DNA of 63,998 bases, filler included, from Theionarchaea archaeon (GCA_018992565.1; 7 parts of 7 records of this genome joined end to end with filler, not necessarily neighbours in it), one strand, 5' to 3'; positions 1 through 9,885 are shown, counted from the first letter of the whole stretch. Translations and numbers: made by a program. The notes: generated by a model from the letters alone, not told the origin.

Positions 1-822
1 AGGACTGTCCAGGATACAGATACAGCTATCCTGGAGCTAGATGACGCAGTACGTGAAAGTACTGCCGCTCTGGATTGCGGAAAGGTGAGACCTTCTGCAT
101 CTGGGTTAGTTAAGAAATGCCTCTGGACTGGTAAGAGATGCATCAGGACTGGTAAGAGATGCATCTGGACTGGTAAGAGATGCTACAGGACTGGTCACAG
201 ATGATGAGACTGCTTTTATGTACCGGGGATTGACCGAGGCTGTTCAGGATCTGTCACGAGGGACTGTCCAGTTTTCATGGTATGTGAGACGAGTTGTTAC
301 CCTGGCAGAGACTGCAGATGTATCAACATTACTCCAGGATGTGACTGGACTGGAACTGTCGATAGTTGTGATCGTTCGTATTTCCGGGATATATTTCCTG
401 AGAAATGGCTGAAAGAGTACCTGGGAGAGCTTAAGGAAGTATGGAACCTGAACGTGAAATGTGATGGAGGTAGTTGTGAAATAGAGGAGGATTATACTTG
501 GTTCTTCTCGGAAAGGGTTCCATATATTTTAGAGGGAGATAACGAGGTAGATGCGGGGAAAAAGGACGAAGGTGCAGGGAACTGTGAAAGTTCCGTAAAT
601 GGTCATAATTTGGAGGAAAAGAAGGGAGAATGTGTAGTAAAAGGACAGAGACTTTTGATCGAGCATGATGAGGAGACTGTTCTACAGCAGATTCCACAGG
701 ATGATACGAGGATTGAGGATGTGTTGAAGAGGTTTAAAGACCAAAATAGGGTTGTGGACACGTTGGCAGTGTTACAGGATAGGGGGAAGATCATTGCTGG
801 CCAGGGAATATGGGGAGGTTAG
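1..822 (+). pseudogene. 5'-truncated hypothetical gene with two apparent compensating frameshifts (about 111 and about 350-380)
   Basis: Frame 1 reads ...VRPSASGLV; frame 2 continues NASGLVRDASGLVRDASGLVRDATGLV...; frame 1 resumes protein-like (YFRDIFPEKWLKEYLGELKEVW) to the stop at 822. Frame 1 has TGA TGA at 202-207. Confidence 0.45.
96..201 (+). repeat. Five-copy 21-nt tandem repeat (tgcatctggactggtaagaga), encoding DASGLVR
   Basis: Units at 96-117 (22 nt), 118-138, 139-159, 160-180 and 181-201. Differences are mostly synonymous in the DASGLVR frame. Confidence 0.9.
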
Positions 823-946
823 TGGCACCTGGAGTGGAGAGTCTTGATGGTGATGTATCGAGGTTGAGTAGGTGGATATGTACTCCTCGTCGATGATATC
901 ATTGAGTGATAGGAACCCCTTTATATTCTCACGATTAGTTCATTCC

Positions 947-1756
947 ATGATTCAAGCAAAGGATGCTCGAGAGGAAGTTGACTGGTCCAAATGGTACAAT
1001 TTCCAAGGTCGTATGGGTATTCCTCTTATCCACTTGGGCGGAACAAGAGCAACCACAGATCTCTTGGCCATCTGTAACCTTTCTGAAAAGAGTGAGGTGC
1101 TCGATGTGGGATGTGGCACAGGATACACGGCATGTGAGATTGCACAAAAGTACAGCGCTCATGTTGTCGGTATCGATGTCTCCGAAGACATGGTTGCAAA
1201 GGCACAGGAGAGAGCACGTCAAGACCACCTGAAATCAGTTGAATTTCACGTTGCTGATGTGTTGGAGCTCCCATTTCAGGATGAAATCTTTGACACGGTC
1301 ATCATGGAATCAGTCCTCATCGTCTTACCTGGTGAAAAGCGTGACGCTCTGACTGAAGTTGTGAGGGTTCTCAAACCAGGAGGGGTAGTGGGCGCAAACG
1401 AGGATTTTGCACGTAGTGAAACGCCTGATGAAGTTCTGGATTGTCTCGCTGCTGCATTACCTCACATGAGCCTTTTAACTCCTCAGGATTTGAGGAAGCT
1501 CTTTGAAGACTCAGGGTTAGAAGTCATACACTGTATGGAGAACTCATCAAGAGGTGTGATCACTCCAGGAGAAGTGGTGAACATCATCAAGACAATGGGC
1601 GTGGGTAGACTCCTGTCGTACTCTCTAAGGTCAGTAGTTGACCCAGAAATCCGAATGCTTGCTAGGCACTACCGGGAAGGTTCAAATATTATGATTAAAC
1701 GTAAGGATACCAGGGATTTCTTTGGTTATGCTTTGATTGTTGGCAGAAAAGTATGA
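947..1756 (+). CDS. Class I SAM-dependent methyltransferase
   Basis: VLDVGCGTG motif I, GIDVS, ADVLELPF, RVLKPGG. ATG 947 lies downstream of TTTATATT at about 920; the ORF is open from 872. Confidence 0.9.
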   Translation: MIQAKDAREEVDWSKWYNFQGRMGIPLIHLGGTRATTDLLAICNLSEKSEVLDVGCGTGYTACEIAQKYSAHVVGIDVSEDMVAKAQERARQDHLKSVEFHVADVLELPFQDEIFDTVIMESVLIVLPGEKRDALTEVVRVLKPGGVVGANEDFARSETPDEVLDCLAAALPHMSLLTPQDLRKLFEDSGLEVIHCMENSSRGVITPGEVVNIIKTMGVGRLLSYSLRSVVDPEIRMLARHYREGSNIMIKRKDTRDFFGYALIVGRKV

Positions 1757-2077
1757 TACTACAGGTTATTGGCTACTTTCAAGTGCTTTGAACGTTGCTA
1801 TCTGGTAGGAGTAGCAAGATATCCTATTCATAATACCTCAATAGGCAGTTATGATGAATATTACCAGAGTCCTAAATATCTGATGATCTTCCTTTTCCTT
1901 CCATTCGCTCAATGTCTTAATTTAATCATTCAGATTTTGAAATGATCTAGAAGTGATCTGTTTTGCTTTTTTGAGACTATCTATCTCCACGTCATGAGCA
2001 AAGACATTTCGAATGTTCCTAATGGGCTGGAGTCATACAACCCCAGGGATGCCATCAAAAAAGGAAGGACAGCTCCA

Positions 2078-3382
2078 TTAGTTTCCCTCAGAGAATATGT
2101 GATCTGTAATCTTCTTCTTCCGTGCGATTCGGAGCACTTCCTTGATGAAGTCACTGGCGCCACACACACAGAAATCATTGAACATGGAATAGGAAAGAGC
2201 GGCACAACGGAAGTTGCACACATCTTCAACATCGCACGTTTTACATTCGGAAAAAGAATCCTTCGTAATCTGTCTGAATGCAGTCCCACCTCTCCCATTT
2301 TCCCAGATTTCCTTAAACGATTCATCTCTCAAGTTTCCCATGCAAAATTCCTCCAGCGCTGCAGTATCAGCGCACGGGTACACATTGCCGTCAAATCTCA
2401 CCCAGACATCAGTTCTGGCACCTTCACAGGCGAGAAAAGCTCTCTGGAAAAGCTCTGGCATATCATCCACATGGAGAGGATGCGGGCCTCCATACAGGTT
2501 TCGATCCCGTGATTTCACACGACGAATCTTGAGTTCTCTCATCCTGATGAAATCGTCTGCATCTTCCTTCCTGAGCCAGAGTTGCTTTTGATGTTCAGAA
2601 GATCTTCCAAATGGAAGTACAGGACTAAGGCTCACTTTTATCCCTCTGTCCAGCCAGTGTGTCATCAGTCGTTCTGCTTCCCCTTTGTTAATCTGGCACA
2701 TGGTAACATTGATTCCAAACTTGGTTCCTTCCCTCAGGAACATTTCTACAACTTCTGCAGTCCTGGCAAATGAGCCCTTTCCCCGTATCCTGTCATGGGT
2801 CTCCTGGAACCCATCAAGACTCACACCAAACTTGATATTTCTTGGGATAAGCTGAAAGATGTCCTCTGTTATGAGAGTGGCATTGGTGATCACGTACTGC
2901 TGGAGGCCAACCTCATTTCCATAATTCAGGATTTCAACGATGTCTTCTCTCATGAAGGGCTCTCCTCCCGAGATGTTTACCTTAAAGACCTTCATGTCAG
3001 CCCATTCATCATACAGGGCTTTGATCTCCTCAGTTGTGAGCTCATCTGGATGCTTCTTCCCTGCTGCGAACAGGCAGTGTGGGCAGTTCAAGTTGCAGGC
3101 ATGAGTGACCTCAATGCAGGTTGTAATAGGTGCTGAAAGATGTGTGCATTCACCATCAAACTCAAATGCTTTGAGCTGAAATGGAGTGCAATCCATGGAT
3201 TTCTTCTCACCTGGAATCATGCCCACATTTGTGAGATACTGCATGAGGGGCTCATCTGTATCTCCCTTCTCAATACTCTGGAGAGTTTCCTCATTGATGA
3301 AGAATATTGAGGCATCTGCATTGATCATGAGTCCTCCAAAATGCTCTCTCCTACAAGCACAATACTTATTGAATTCGACCAT
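2078..3382 (-). CDS. Radical SAM/SPASM peptide maturase with N-terminal RRE-like domain (MftC/PqqE-like)
   Basis: CNLNCPHC, SGGEP, SLDG, SPASM cysteines CEGAR..YPC..CKTC..CNFRC..CVC; N-terminal RREHFGGLMIN. ATG 3382 follows AGGTG (ORF track starts at GTG 3391). Confidence 0.9.
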   Translation of the reverse strand: MVEFNKYCACRREHFGGLMINADASIFFINEETLQSIEKGDTDEPLMQYLTNVGMIPGEKKSMDCTPFQLKAFEFDGECTHLSAPITTCIEVTHACNLNCPHCLFAAGKKHPDELTTEEIKALYDEWADMKVFKVNISGGEPFMREDIVEILNYGNEVGLQQYVITNATLITEDIFQLIPRNIKFGVSLDGFQETHDRIRGKGSFARTAEVVEMFLREGTKFGINVTMCQINKGEAERLMTHWLDRGIKVSLSPVLPFGRSSEHQKQLWLRKEDADDFIRMRELKIRRVKSRDRNLYGGPHPLHVDDMPELFQRAFLACEGARTDVWVRFDGNVYPCADTAALEEFCMGNLRDESFKEIWENGRGGTAFRQITKDSFSECKTCDVEDVCNFRCAALSYSMFNDFCVCGASDFIKEVLRIARKKKITDHIFSEGN

Positions 3383-3407
3383 TATTAGCACCTGGTTTAA
3401 AAGAAAT

Positions 3408-3415
3408 AAAAAAAA
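3408..3415 (-). terminator. T8 tract between the precursor and maturase genes
   Basis: A8 on the plus strand, starting 3 nt after the precursor stop codon. Confidence 0.55.
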
Positions 3416-3418
3416 GAT

Positions 3419-3514
3419 TTAGGGGGCCCAGACTATACCGCCCTTTGGAAACACAATTGGGTTCACACTTCCGATCACAATTGTCCTCTTCATCGGCAGA
3501 ATTGTCTTCCTCAT
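3419..3514 (-). CDS. Putative RiPP precursor peptide, 31 aa, MRKTILPMKRTIVIGSVNPIVFPKGGIVWAP
   Basis: Translated by hand. GGAGGTGA RBS 6 nt before the ATG, TATA box upstream, co-oriented just 5' of the rSAM/SPASM gene. Confidence 0.85.
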   Translation of the reverse strand: MRKTILPMKRTIVIGSVNPIVFPKGGIVWAP

Positions 3515-3520
3515 CTGTTT

Positions 3521-3558
3521 TCACCTCCGATTCCAAGTGCCTCCCGTTTCTATATAAA
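3521..3558 (-). promoter_or_regulatory. TATA box (TTTATATAGA, 3549-3558) and RBS (GGAGGTGA, 3521-3528) of the precursor gene
   Basis: Direct motif match with archaeal spacing. Confidence 0.75.
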
Positions 3559-4208
3559 TCTTTCTATTAGATCAACCCTCAAAAGAAAGAGACACTATCC
3601 TGTATGGAAGATAGTGAGACTTCGAGACAGAATTACTCTTCCATCAATTTAGATATTGTAGGCTAATAGCAGTTAGTCCTTCTAAAATCATGGAGTCTTC
3701 ATTTAAGTACTCCTCTGGAGCACGTTCCTTCTTGACCTACTGCTTTCTCACTTCCCTCAATCAGAATCACTTCAGGTTCAGTATCCTTTCTGATTCTTCA
3801 TTCATTCCCAGATATCTCATTCAAAAGATGTTGATAGACTGTTTATGGGTCATACAAAAGTGTTTGGTCCTGCTTTCTGTGATGTTGTATAGGCCTGGCA
3901 GTGCGTGCTGTGAATAGTGTGGGTTGCAACTCCTGTCCTTGCGTATAATTCAGACAGTAGCCTTACCTAAAGCCGTGGATAGTCCACAAAGGTCAGTGAG
4001 AGCAGCAATCTATGGAGCTTTTGTCTGATTGCACAGTGAAAAAGCACATCCTCACGGAAACATTTAAAAGCACATGAAGTATAAAGCTTCTGTGACCTCA
4101 AAGGTCTCTCTTGTGAGCGATTTGAGCACATCATACTGCGCCATTTTTCAGGCGTCTTAGAAAGAAATCAAGATTACCAACCATAAAGAACGATATGGAG
4201 ATGTGACT

Positions 4209-4670
4209 ATGTCTGAATTCAAGGGTATCGTGCGCATACATGGCACTGATCTCAAAGGAGATAGAAATTTGGAACTGGCCCTCACAGGTATCAGAGGAAT
4301 CGGCACCATGATGGCAAGGGGAATAGCCAACACCATCCAGGTCGATCCCAGGGAGAAACTGGGAAATCTCTCAGATGAGAAGATTGAGGAGATTGAAGAA
4401 ATCCTCAGGAATCCTTCCGAAAATGGGATACCTCACTGGATGCTCAACAGACGACGTGATTACTATTCCGGGGAGGACGCTCACCTGGTGGGTGCTGACC
4501 TTATCATGGCTCTCAGGGAAGATCTCAACAGACTCAGGAAGACTCGCTCTTACCGTGGGATTCGTCATGAGTCTGGACTGCCAGTGAGGGGACAGCGAAC
4601 CAAGTCCAGCTTCCGTACAGGGAGAACAATCGGTGTAAGCCGGAAGAAGGCCAAGGAGAAGAAGAGGTGA
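4209..4670 (+). CDS. rps13: 30S ribosomal protein S13
   Basis: [38 protein letters not shown]. Confidence 0.98.
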   Translation: MSEFKGIVRIHGTDLKGDRNLELALTGIRGIGTMMARGIANTIQVDPREKLGNLSDEKIEEIEEILRNPSENGIPHWMLNRRRDYYSGEDAHLVGADLIMALREDLNRLRKTRSYRGIRHESGLPVRGQRTKSSFRTGRTIGVSRKKAKEKKR

Positions 4671-4674
4671 TTGC

Positions 4675-5151
4675 ATGGGAGATCCCAAGAAACCCAGAAA
4701 ATCCTATGATACTCCTTCTCACCCCTGGAGAAAGGAGAGAATAGAACTTGAAAAGGAGATGGCCAGAAAATACGGGCTCAAGAACAAGAAAGACATATGG
4801 AAGGCTGAATCCAGACTGCGGAGCATCAGAAGACTGGCCAGAAACCTCCTCGGTTCACATGGGGAACAGGCAGAACAGGAAGAGGAAAAACTCATGGCCA
4901 AACTGCAGAAACTCGGATTGCTGAAAGGAGATGCTGACCTTGATTCTGTTCTGGGATTGACCATAGAAGACATTCTGGAGCGCCGTCTCCAGTCGCTGGT
5001 CCACAGGAAAGGCCTTGCTCAGAGTCCCAAGCATGCCAGGCAGCTGGTTGTACATGGTCATGTCCGGGTGGGAGGAAGACGTATTACCTCTCCAAGTTAT
5101 CTGGTTCCTGTAGAACAGGAAGAGACTATCATCAGTGAGGTGTCTTCATGA
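4675..5151 (+). CDS. rps4: 30S ribosomal protein S4 (archaeal type)
   Basis: [35 protein letters not shown]. Confidence 0.98.
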   Translation: MGDPKKPRKSYDTPSHPWRKERIELEKEMARKYGLKNKKDIWKAESRLRSIRRLARNLLGSHGEQAEQEEEKLMAKLQKLGLLKGDADLDSVLGLTIEDILERRLQSLVHRKGLAQSPKHARQLVVHGHVRVGGRRITSPSYLVPVEQEETIISEVSS

Positions 5152-5537
5152 AGAAAGAAGGATGGGGTGTTGCCCACATTTTCGCTTCATTCAACAACAC
5201 GATAGTTCATATTACTGATTTGACAGGTGCAGAAACCATCTCCATGGTGTCTGGTGGCATGATTGTCAAGTCTGACAGGGAGGAATCTTCTCCCTATGCA
5301 GCAATGAAGGCTGCATTCCAGGCAGCAGATCAGGCGCTGGAGAAAGGTATTGTGGGTGTTCACATAAAAGTGAGAGCGCCAGGTGGAAGCAGGATGAAAA
5401 ACCCAGGACCAGGAGCTCAGGCTGCAATTCGTGCTCTATCCAGGGCCCGGCTGAAAATTGGATCCATAGAAGATGTTACTCCCATCCCCCATGATGGTAC
5501 AAAGCCCAAAGGGGGAAAACGCGGAAGAAGGGTCTGA
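5148..5537 (+). CDS. rps11: 30S ribosomal protein S11
   Basis: [36 protein letters not shown]. Confidence 0.98.
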   Translation: MKKEGWGVAHIFASFNNTIVHITDLTGAETISMVSGGMIVKSDREESSPYAAMKAAFQAADQALEKGIVGVHIKVRAPGGSRMKNPGPGAQAAIRALSRARLKIGSIEDVTPIPHDGTKPKGGKRGRRV

Positions 5538-5539
5538 TT

Positions 5540-6322
5540 ATGGAACTACGTGTATTGCACCGGGGAGACGACAACGTCCGATTTGTCATAGAAGGAGTAA
5601 GTGCTGCCTTTGTCAATGGGCTGCGCAGGACATTAGTCAGTGGAATCCCCACGTTTGCTGTGGATTACGTGATGTTTTATGCCAATACCTCCCCTCTCTA
5701 TGATGAGATCATTGCCCATCGTCTGGGAATGGTCCCCCTGACCACTGAGACCACCCGCTACATCCCCAAGGACCAGTGCTGCCAGGACGGGTGTGAGAAA
5801 TGCTCTGTCACCTTGAGCCTCTCTAAAGAGGGTCCCTGCACAGTAATGTCGGGAGATCTTATCAGTGAGGATTCAGATGTGGTTCCCGTCTTTGAGAATA
5901 TCCCACTGGTGAAACTGGGACCAGATCAGAAGCTGACTCTCAATGCTATTGCACGCATGGGGTATGCCAGAGACCATGCCAAGTGGCAGGCAGCCTTAGC
6001 CTCTTTCCAGCACGTGGCCCATATCACTGTTGACACTGATATGTGCGATGTGGGAGGAGCCTGCATCAAGGAATGTCCCCGGGGAGTCTTGGATGTCATG
6101 GGTGATGAGTTGGTTCCCAAGTACCTGTACAACTGTACTCTGTGTGGGGCGTGCACAGATGTATGCGATTTTGATGCTATAAAAGTAGAACCGGTAGAAG
6201 ATAGCTTTATCTTTACACTGGAATCATTCGGCAACATGTCCATTGATGCCTTGATAGAAGAAGTAGTCCGCATTTTCAATGGGAAGGCAGATTCATTGTT
6301 GGAAGAAGTGGAAAAGCTGTAG
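5540..6322 (+). CDS. rpoD: RNA polymerase subunit D (Rpo3) with ferredoxin-like insert
   Basis: NGLRR, YDEIIAHRLGMVPL, HAKWQ, CTLCGACTDVC; position in the operon. Confidence 0.97.
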   Translation: MELRVLHRGDDNVRFVIEGVSAAFVNGLRRTLVSGIPTFAVDYVMFYANTSPLYDEIIAHRLGMVPLTTETTRYIPKDQCCQDGCEKCSVTLSLSKEGPCTVMSGDLISEDSDVVPVFENIPLVKLGPDQKLTLNAIARMGYARDHAKWQAALASFQHVAHITVDTDMCDVGGACIKECPRGVLDVMGDELVPKYLYNCTLCGACTDVCDFDAIKVEPVEDSFIFTLESFGNMSIDALIEEVVRIFNGKADSLLEEVEKL

Positions 6323-6701
6323 GTGTTTCGAGAGTGATAAGAGCCCATCTGTACTCCCATAATTCCTGAGGATCTTTTCCCTCTCAAAAGAGTCTCTCGA
6401 ACCTTACACTTCAATGAACACCAATCCCTGAAAGGGGACCCTCAATAATTGTACTACTTCTGGTGATTTCATGGAATACGTAACCCAGACAGGAAAGAAA
6501 AAGAACCTAATCTGAGAACCCCTCAGTGTCCTCTGGAATATACCAGTTTATACTTTTCCTTCTTGAGATCTGTGTTCCTGCCCTTTTCTTCATGCCGAGT
6601 ATCCACCTCCAGACTCTCTACACCTGGAGTGTTTGAAGAGATAGTGACTGTCTGCTCATGACAAAGGAAAGACTTATATTGGTGTAATCACCCTTTTCTG
6701 C

Positions 6702-7193
6702 ATGGAGAAAGATGTGGAATACGACCTGGAAGAATTCATCAGAAAGGCTAGAGGACGTCAGACTGAGTACGAGGAGCCACCGTATGATGAGACAACATTC
6801 AGAAATTTCAGGAGATTTTCTAACCTGGAGGAGTACCACGACTATTACCAGCAGATAAAGGTGTGCAAGGCCATTCTGAATGATATCAGATCCAAGTCCC
6901 ACTTCTTGTCTAAGATGGAGAAGTATTCCCCAGGTGTTGCTGCCCTCTCCATTGAGGACATAATAAAGGTCAGGTATAGTGCAGAAGAAGAATCATACAT
7001 TATCTATACTGATGGAACGACATTTGACATTTATGAGGATGATATCAAGTATATCTACCCTTCAATTGTTGATGTTCCCGACTCTTATGAGTTTGAGGTA
7101 GTAATAGATGACTCTTCAGTGTATGTGTACAATAAATTTACTGCAGATCAGCCTTTCAGGGTCTTTGGGGCGGCAGAGGCTGCTGAAGAGTAG
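6702..7193 (+). CDS. Hypothetical acidic protein
   Basis: 163-aa ORF with protein-like composition; no recognised motif. Confidence 0.7.
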   Translation: MEKDVEYDLEEFIRKARGRQTEYEEPPYDETTFRNFRRFSNLEEYHDYYQQIKVCKAILNDIRSKSHFLSKMEKYSPGVAALSIEDIIKVRYSAEEESYIIYTDGTTFDIYEDDIKYIYPSIVDVPDSYEFEVVIDDSSVYVYNKFTADQPFRVFGAAEAAEE

Positions 7194-8271
7194 AAAAAGC
7201 AAGAGAATAGAGATCGCTTGTGAGAGTCTTGATGCCTTCCAGGATAATTTCTGCTTCATTAGCATCCGGTCCCAGCTTTCGCACCTGCAGAGCCAGGGTC
7301 TGAGCACGGTTGGGGATATCGGGAATAGCTCTAATAGACTGCTGAGACTCAAGAAAGGCGACTAACGTGAAGCAGGCCTGGAAGAAGTAGGCCAACCGTT
7401 CAGGATCATACATTTTTTCTCCAATTTTCCACTGAAAATTCTGCAGTCCAAGAGCGGCCAATCTGCCATTGGATATCCACCGTTTCACATCTTTGACCCA
7501 GGTTCGCTTTTCAGTGCCAGTGATTGGAGAACCTGTAAGTTCCAGATGATATCCTCGTGGAGGAATCCTGGAAAGTAGGGTTACAAGTTCTCGATTGGCT
7601 TCGGGGAAGTAGGGGTGTTCAAAATGAGGTCCAAACAGGTAGAGGCAACCTCTGGAGACCTTTTTTGTTACGAGGGCTTTTTTTCCCAGGAGAGCTTGTG
7701 TTGCTGCCTCTTTCTCACAGAGAAACATGGTTTTGGGAGTGAAGTTGGTGTACGAGGCCTGGGACTCAGCATCTGCAGAGAGAATTCCCGGCCCCCCATA
7801 CAAAGGTGCCTGTATTATGGCCCCATTGTAGTTCAAAGTGATAGCTTCCCTCACCGGGTGGAATACATACCCATCCCTGTATCTCACCAGGTACTTGTGG
7901 GGCATTCGAATGTTGGGAGGAGGTTCAACTGCGAAATTCGAGATCTCTCCCCTCACCAGGTTGAGCCAGGGGTAAGGGTCATCATGAAACTTGAGGGCAA
8001 AATACGTTCCTGCGCAGATCCCAATGTAGGTTCCCCCCTTCTCAACGAAGGAACGCATCCTGGAGACACCTTCTCTCCCGATATGAGAAAAGAGGGCAAA
8101 AGGATCACCTCCCGAAACCACAAGAACGTCTGCTGCTATATCCCTGACGTCAGTTATGAATTCAATGGTGATAATCCCATGGGATCTCAGCGTATCAACA
8201 AACCAGATCCATGAATGGGAAGCTCCCTTGCCAGTATAGAGTGCGATCTTCAGAGGTCGTTCAGGGGTCAT
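7156..8271 (-). CDS. BPL_N / class I glutamine amidotransferase-like domain protein
   Basis: LVVSGGD, GGTYIGICAG nucleophile elbow, GPHFE. Confidence 0.8.
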   Translation of the reverse strand: MTPERPLKIALYTGKGASHSWIWFVDTLRSHGIITIEFITDVRDIAADVLVVSGGDPFALFSHIGREGVSRMRSFVEKGGTYIGICAGTYFALKFHDDPYPWLNLVRGEISNFAVEPPPNIRMPHKYLVRYRDGYVFHPVREAITLNYNGAIIQAPLYGGPGILSADAESQASYTNFTPKTMFLCEKEAATQALLGKKALVTKKVSRGCLYLFGPHFEHPYFPEANRELVTLLSRIPPRGYHLELTGSPITGTEKRTWVKDVKRWISNGRLAALGLQNFQWKIGEKMYDPERLAYFFQACFTLVAFLESQQSIRAIPDIPNRAQTLALQVRKLGPDANEAEIILEGIKTLTSDLYSLAFSTLQQPLPPQRP

Positions 8272-9356
8272 AGACGAGATACAGCATCGTCCAGGGTCTC
8301 GGCAGAGATGTCCAATCCCGTACCTGCTGCAACGGCTCGAACAGCAGCGTCCTCATCAATGCCAAATTGATCCAGTATGGGACACACTCCGAGGGTGTAG
8401 TACCAACCTTCTTTGCCTTCCAGAGGCTGAACAGGCTGTGGCCCCAGGGTTGTCAGTGCCTTGGGATCTTTTCCGTATGCGGGATTGACGCCCAGCTGGT
8501 AGCAGGTCTGAAGAGTTTCTGCAGCCTTCTTAACGTCGAGACCGTGTGCCATCAAATCTCTCAAATGCCTCTCAAAGATGACCACACCCTCGTCTGTACC
8601 AGTCTTGACAAAATTCCTGCAGGCATACGGGCAGTTGAAACACGCGTCAGCTCTCTGAGTAATAGCATCCAGTCCTTCAACGGGGGCTCCTCTCTTCTTT
8701 ATTTTGGACTTCAGCCCGGTCAGAGCATCTTCAGCTGCAGAGATGAAGTCCTCTGGCTCTGAAATCTCCACTTCCCCCATTCCTCTCATGGCTATCCCTT
8801 TGACGTTTTTCTCTCCCAGCAGTGCTGCGAGCCCATTTCTATCATCAGTTCCCCAGTAGTTGTTCACCAGGAGGGCTGCTCCAGATTTCTTCTCTCCTCC
8901 TTCACCGATTACCAGAGTCTGAATCCGGTCTTCACCCAGTTCTTCCCTCAACCACGATGTGGTATCCCAGGTGGTCTTTCCCCATAAATCAGTGGATTCA
9001 ATATCAGCGATCTCATCATGTAACCACAGGTAAACAGGGTTCTCAGCCTTACCTTTCAGTACAACAAAGCTGAATCCCGACAATTTCAATTCCGGTCCAG
9101 AAAACCAGTTGAACGCAGAGTGACACACTGTTCCATTTTTCTTGGCTGTCATGACACCAAGAGCGGAACCAGGGAATAGTGTCCCTGTGAGAACACCTGT
9201 TCCGAGAACAACAGCATCAGGATACTGGGCCAGCAATGCAGTATTGGCACACGCTCCTCCAATATTCTTCTCAATAAACTCTTCTTCAATGTCTACTTCT
9301 TCCACTTCGCCTTCTTCCAAATCTACAACCGCAATTAGATCAGTGTACAATTCCAT
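8268..9356 (-). CDS. Shortened aldehyde:ferredoxin oxidoreductase (AOR)-like protein
   Basis: GPELKLSG, LKGKAENPVYL, LWGKTT, GEKNVKGIA, ACFNCPYAC. ATG 9356 follows GGAGGTG. Confidence 0.8.
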   Translation of the reverse strand: MELYTDLIAVVDLEEGEVEEVDIEEEFIEKNIGGACANTALLAQYPDAVVLGTGVLTGTLFPGSALGVMTAKKNGTVCHSAFNWFSGPELKLSGFSFVVLKGKAENPVYLWLHDEIADIESTDLWGKTTWDTTSWLREELGEDRIQTLVIGEGGEKKSGAALLVNNYWGTDDRNGLAALLGEKNVKGIAMRGMGEVEISEPEDFISAAEDALTGLKSKIKKRGAPVEGLDAITQRADACFNCPYACRNFVKTGTDEGVVIFERHLRDLMAHGLDVKKAAETLQTCYQLGVNPAYGKDPKALTTLGPQPVQPLEGKEGWYYTLGVCPILDQFGIDEDAAVRAVAAGTGLDISAETLDDAVSRL

Positions 9357-9358
9357 GC

Positions 9359-9694
9359 TCACACCTCCTTGAGGCAACCTGTTGGGCAGAATCGGACGCA
9401 CATGGCATTGGTGCAGTCATCACAGGGCTCTCTCAGCAGGATTGGTTTTCCTCCGCCACCAGTATCGCTTGATTCTCCCTCTTTCATTATTTCGACACCT
9501 TCGGGTCGTCCCAAGATGACTTCTCCTTCGCGTTTCAGCATGACACCGAAGTAGTTTCTTACCTCCTCTCTGTGCAGTATGATGCTGGATCGCATAGTTG
9601 TAAACACTTCTTCTTCTCTGTACAGACTGCAGGCCACTTCGCAGGCACCACATGCCGTACAGAGCTGGGGATCGATTTCTATCACTGTAATCAC
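9359..9694 (-). CDS. 4Fe-4S ferredoxin-like subunit
   Basis: CTACGACEVAC and CDDCTNAMCVRFCPTG. Confidence 0.85.
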   Translation of the reverse strand: MITVIEIDPQLCTACGACEVACSLYREEEVFTTMRSSIILHREEVRNYFGVMLKREGEVILGRPEGVEIMKEGESSDTGGGGKPILLREPCDDCTNAMCVRFCPTGCLKEV

Positions 9695-9885
9695 CTGACT
9701 TCACAGACTTATGACATAATATAAAGGTTTTCCATCTTTTTTTGGGTAGGTTGCAGGTGTAGATGTTGTCAGGAATGTACTGCTTCGTCAGCTGTTGAGG
9801 AAAATGGGCGATATCTAACGGTTGCAGTATGCGGTGCGATTGCGATTCGAAAGGTTTATATAGCCATGCCCACTCCATAAGAATA

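Noticed and set aside
96..201. Repeat as a CRISPR array
   Set aside because: Units are directly adjacent with no spacers and no cas genes nearby.
202..207. In-frame TGA TGA within a Cys-rich frame 1 reading, as possible selenocysteines
   Set aside because: Synonymous variation in the repeat indicates frame 2 is coding here, and I saw no SECIS-like element.
1994..2512. 172-aa plus-strand ORF, and the many other antisense ORFs in the track
   Set aside because: They are shadows of motif-bearing genes on the opposite strand.
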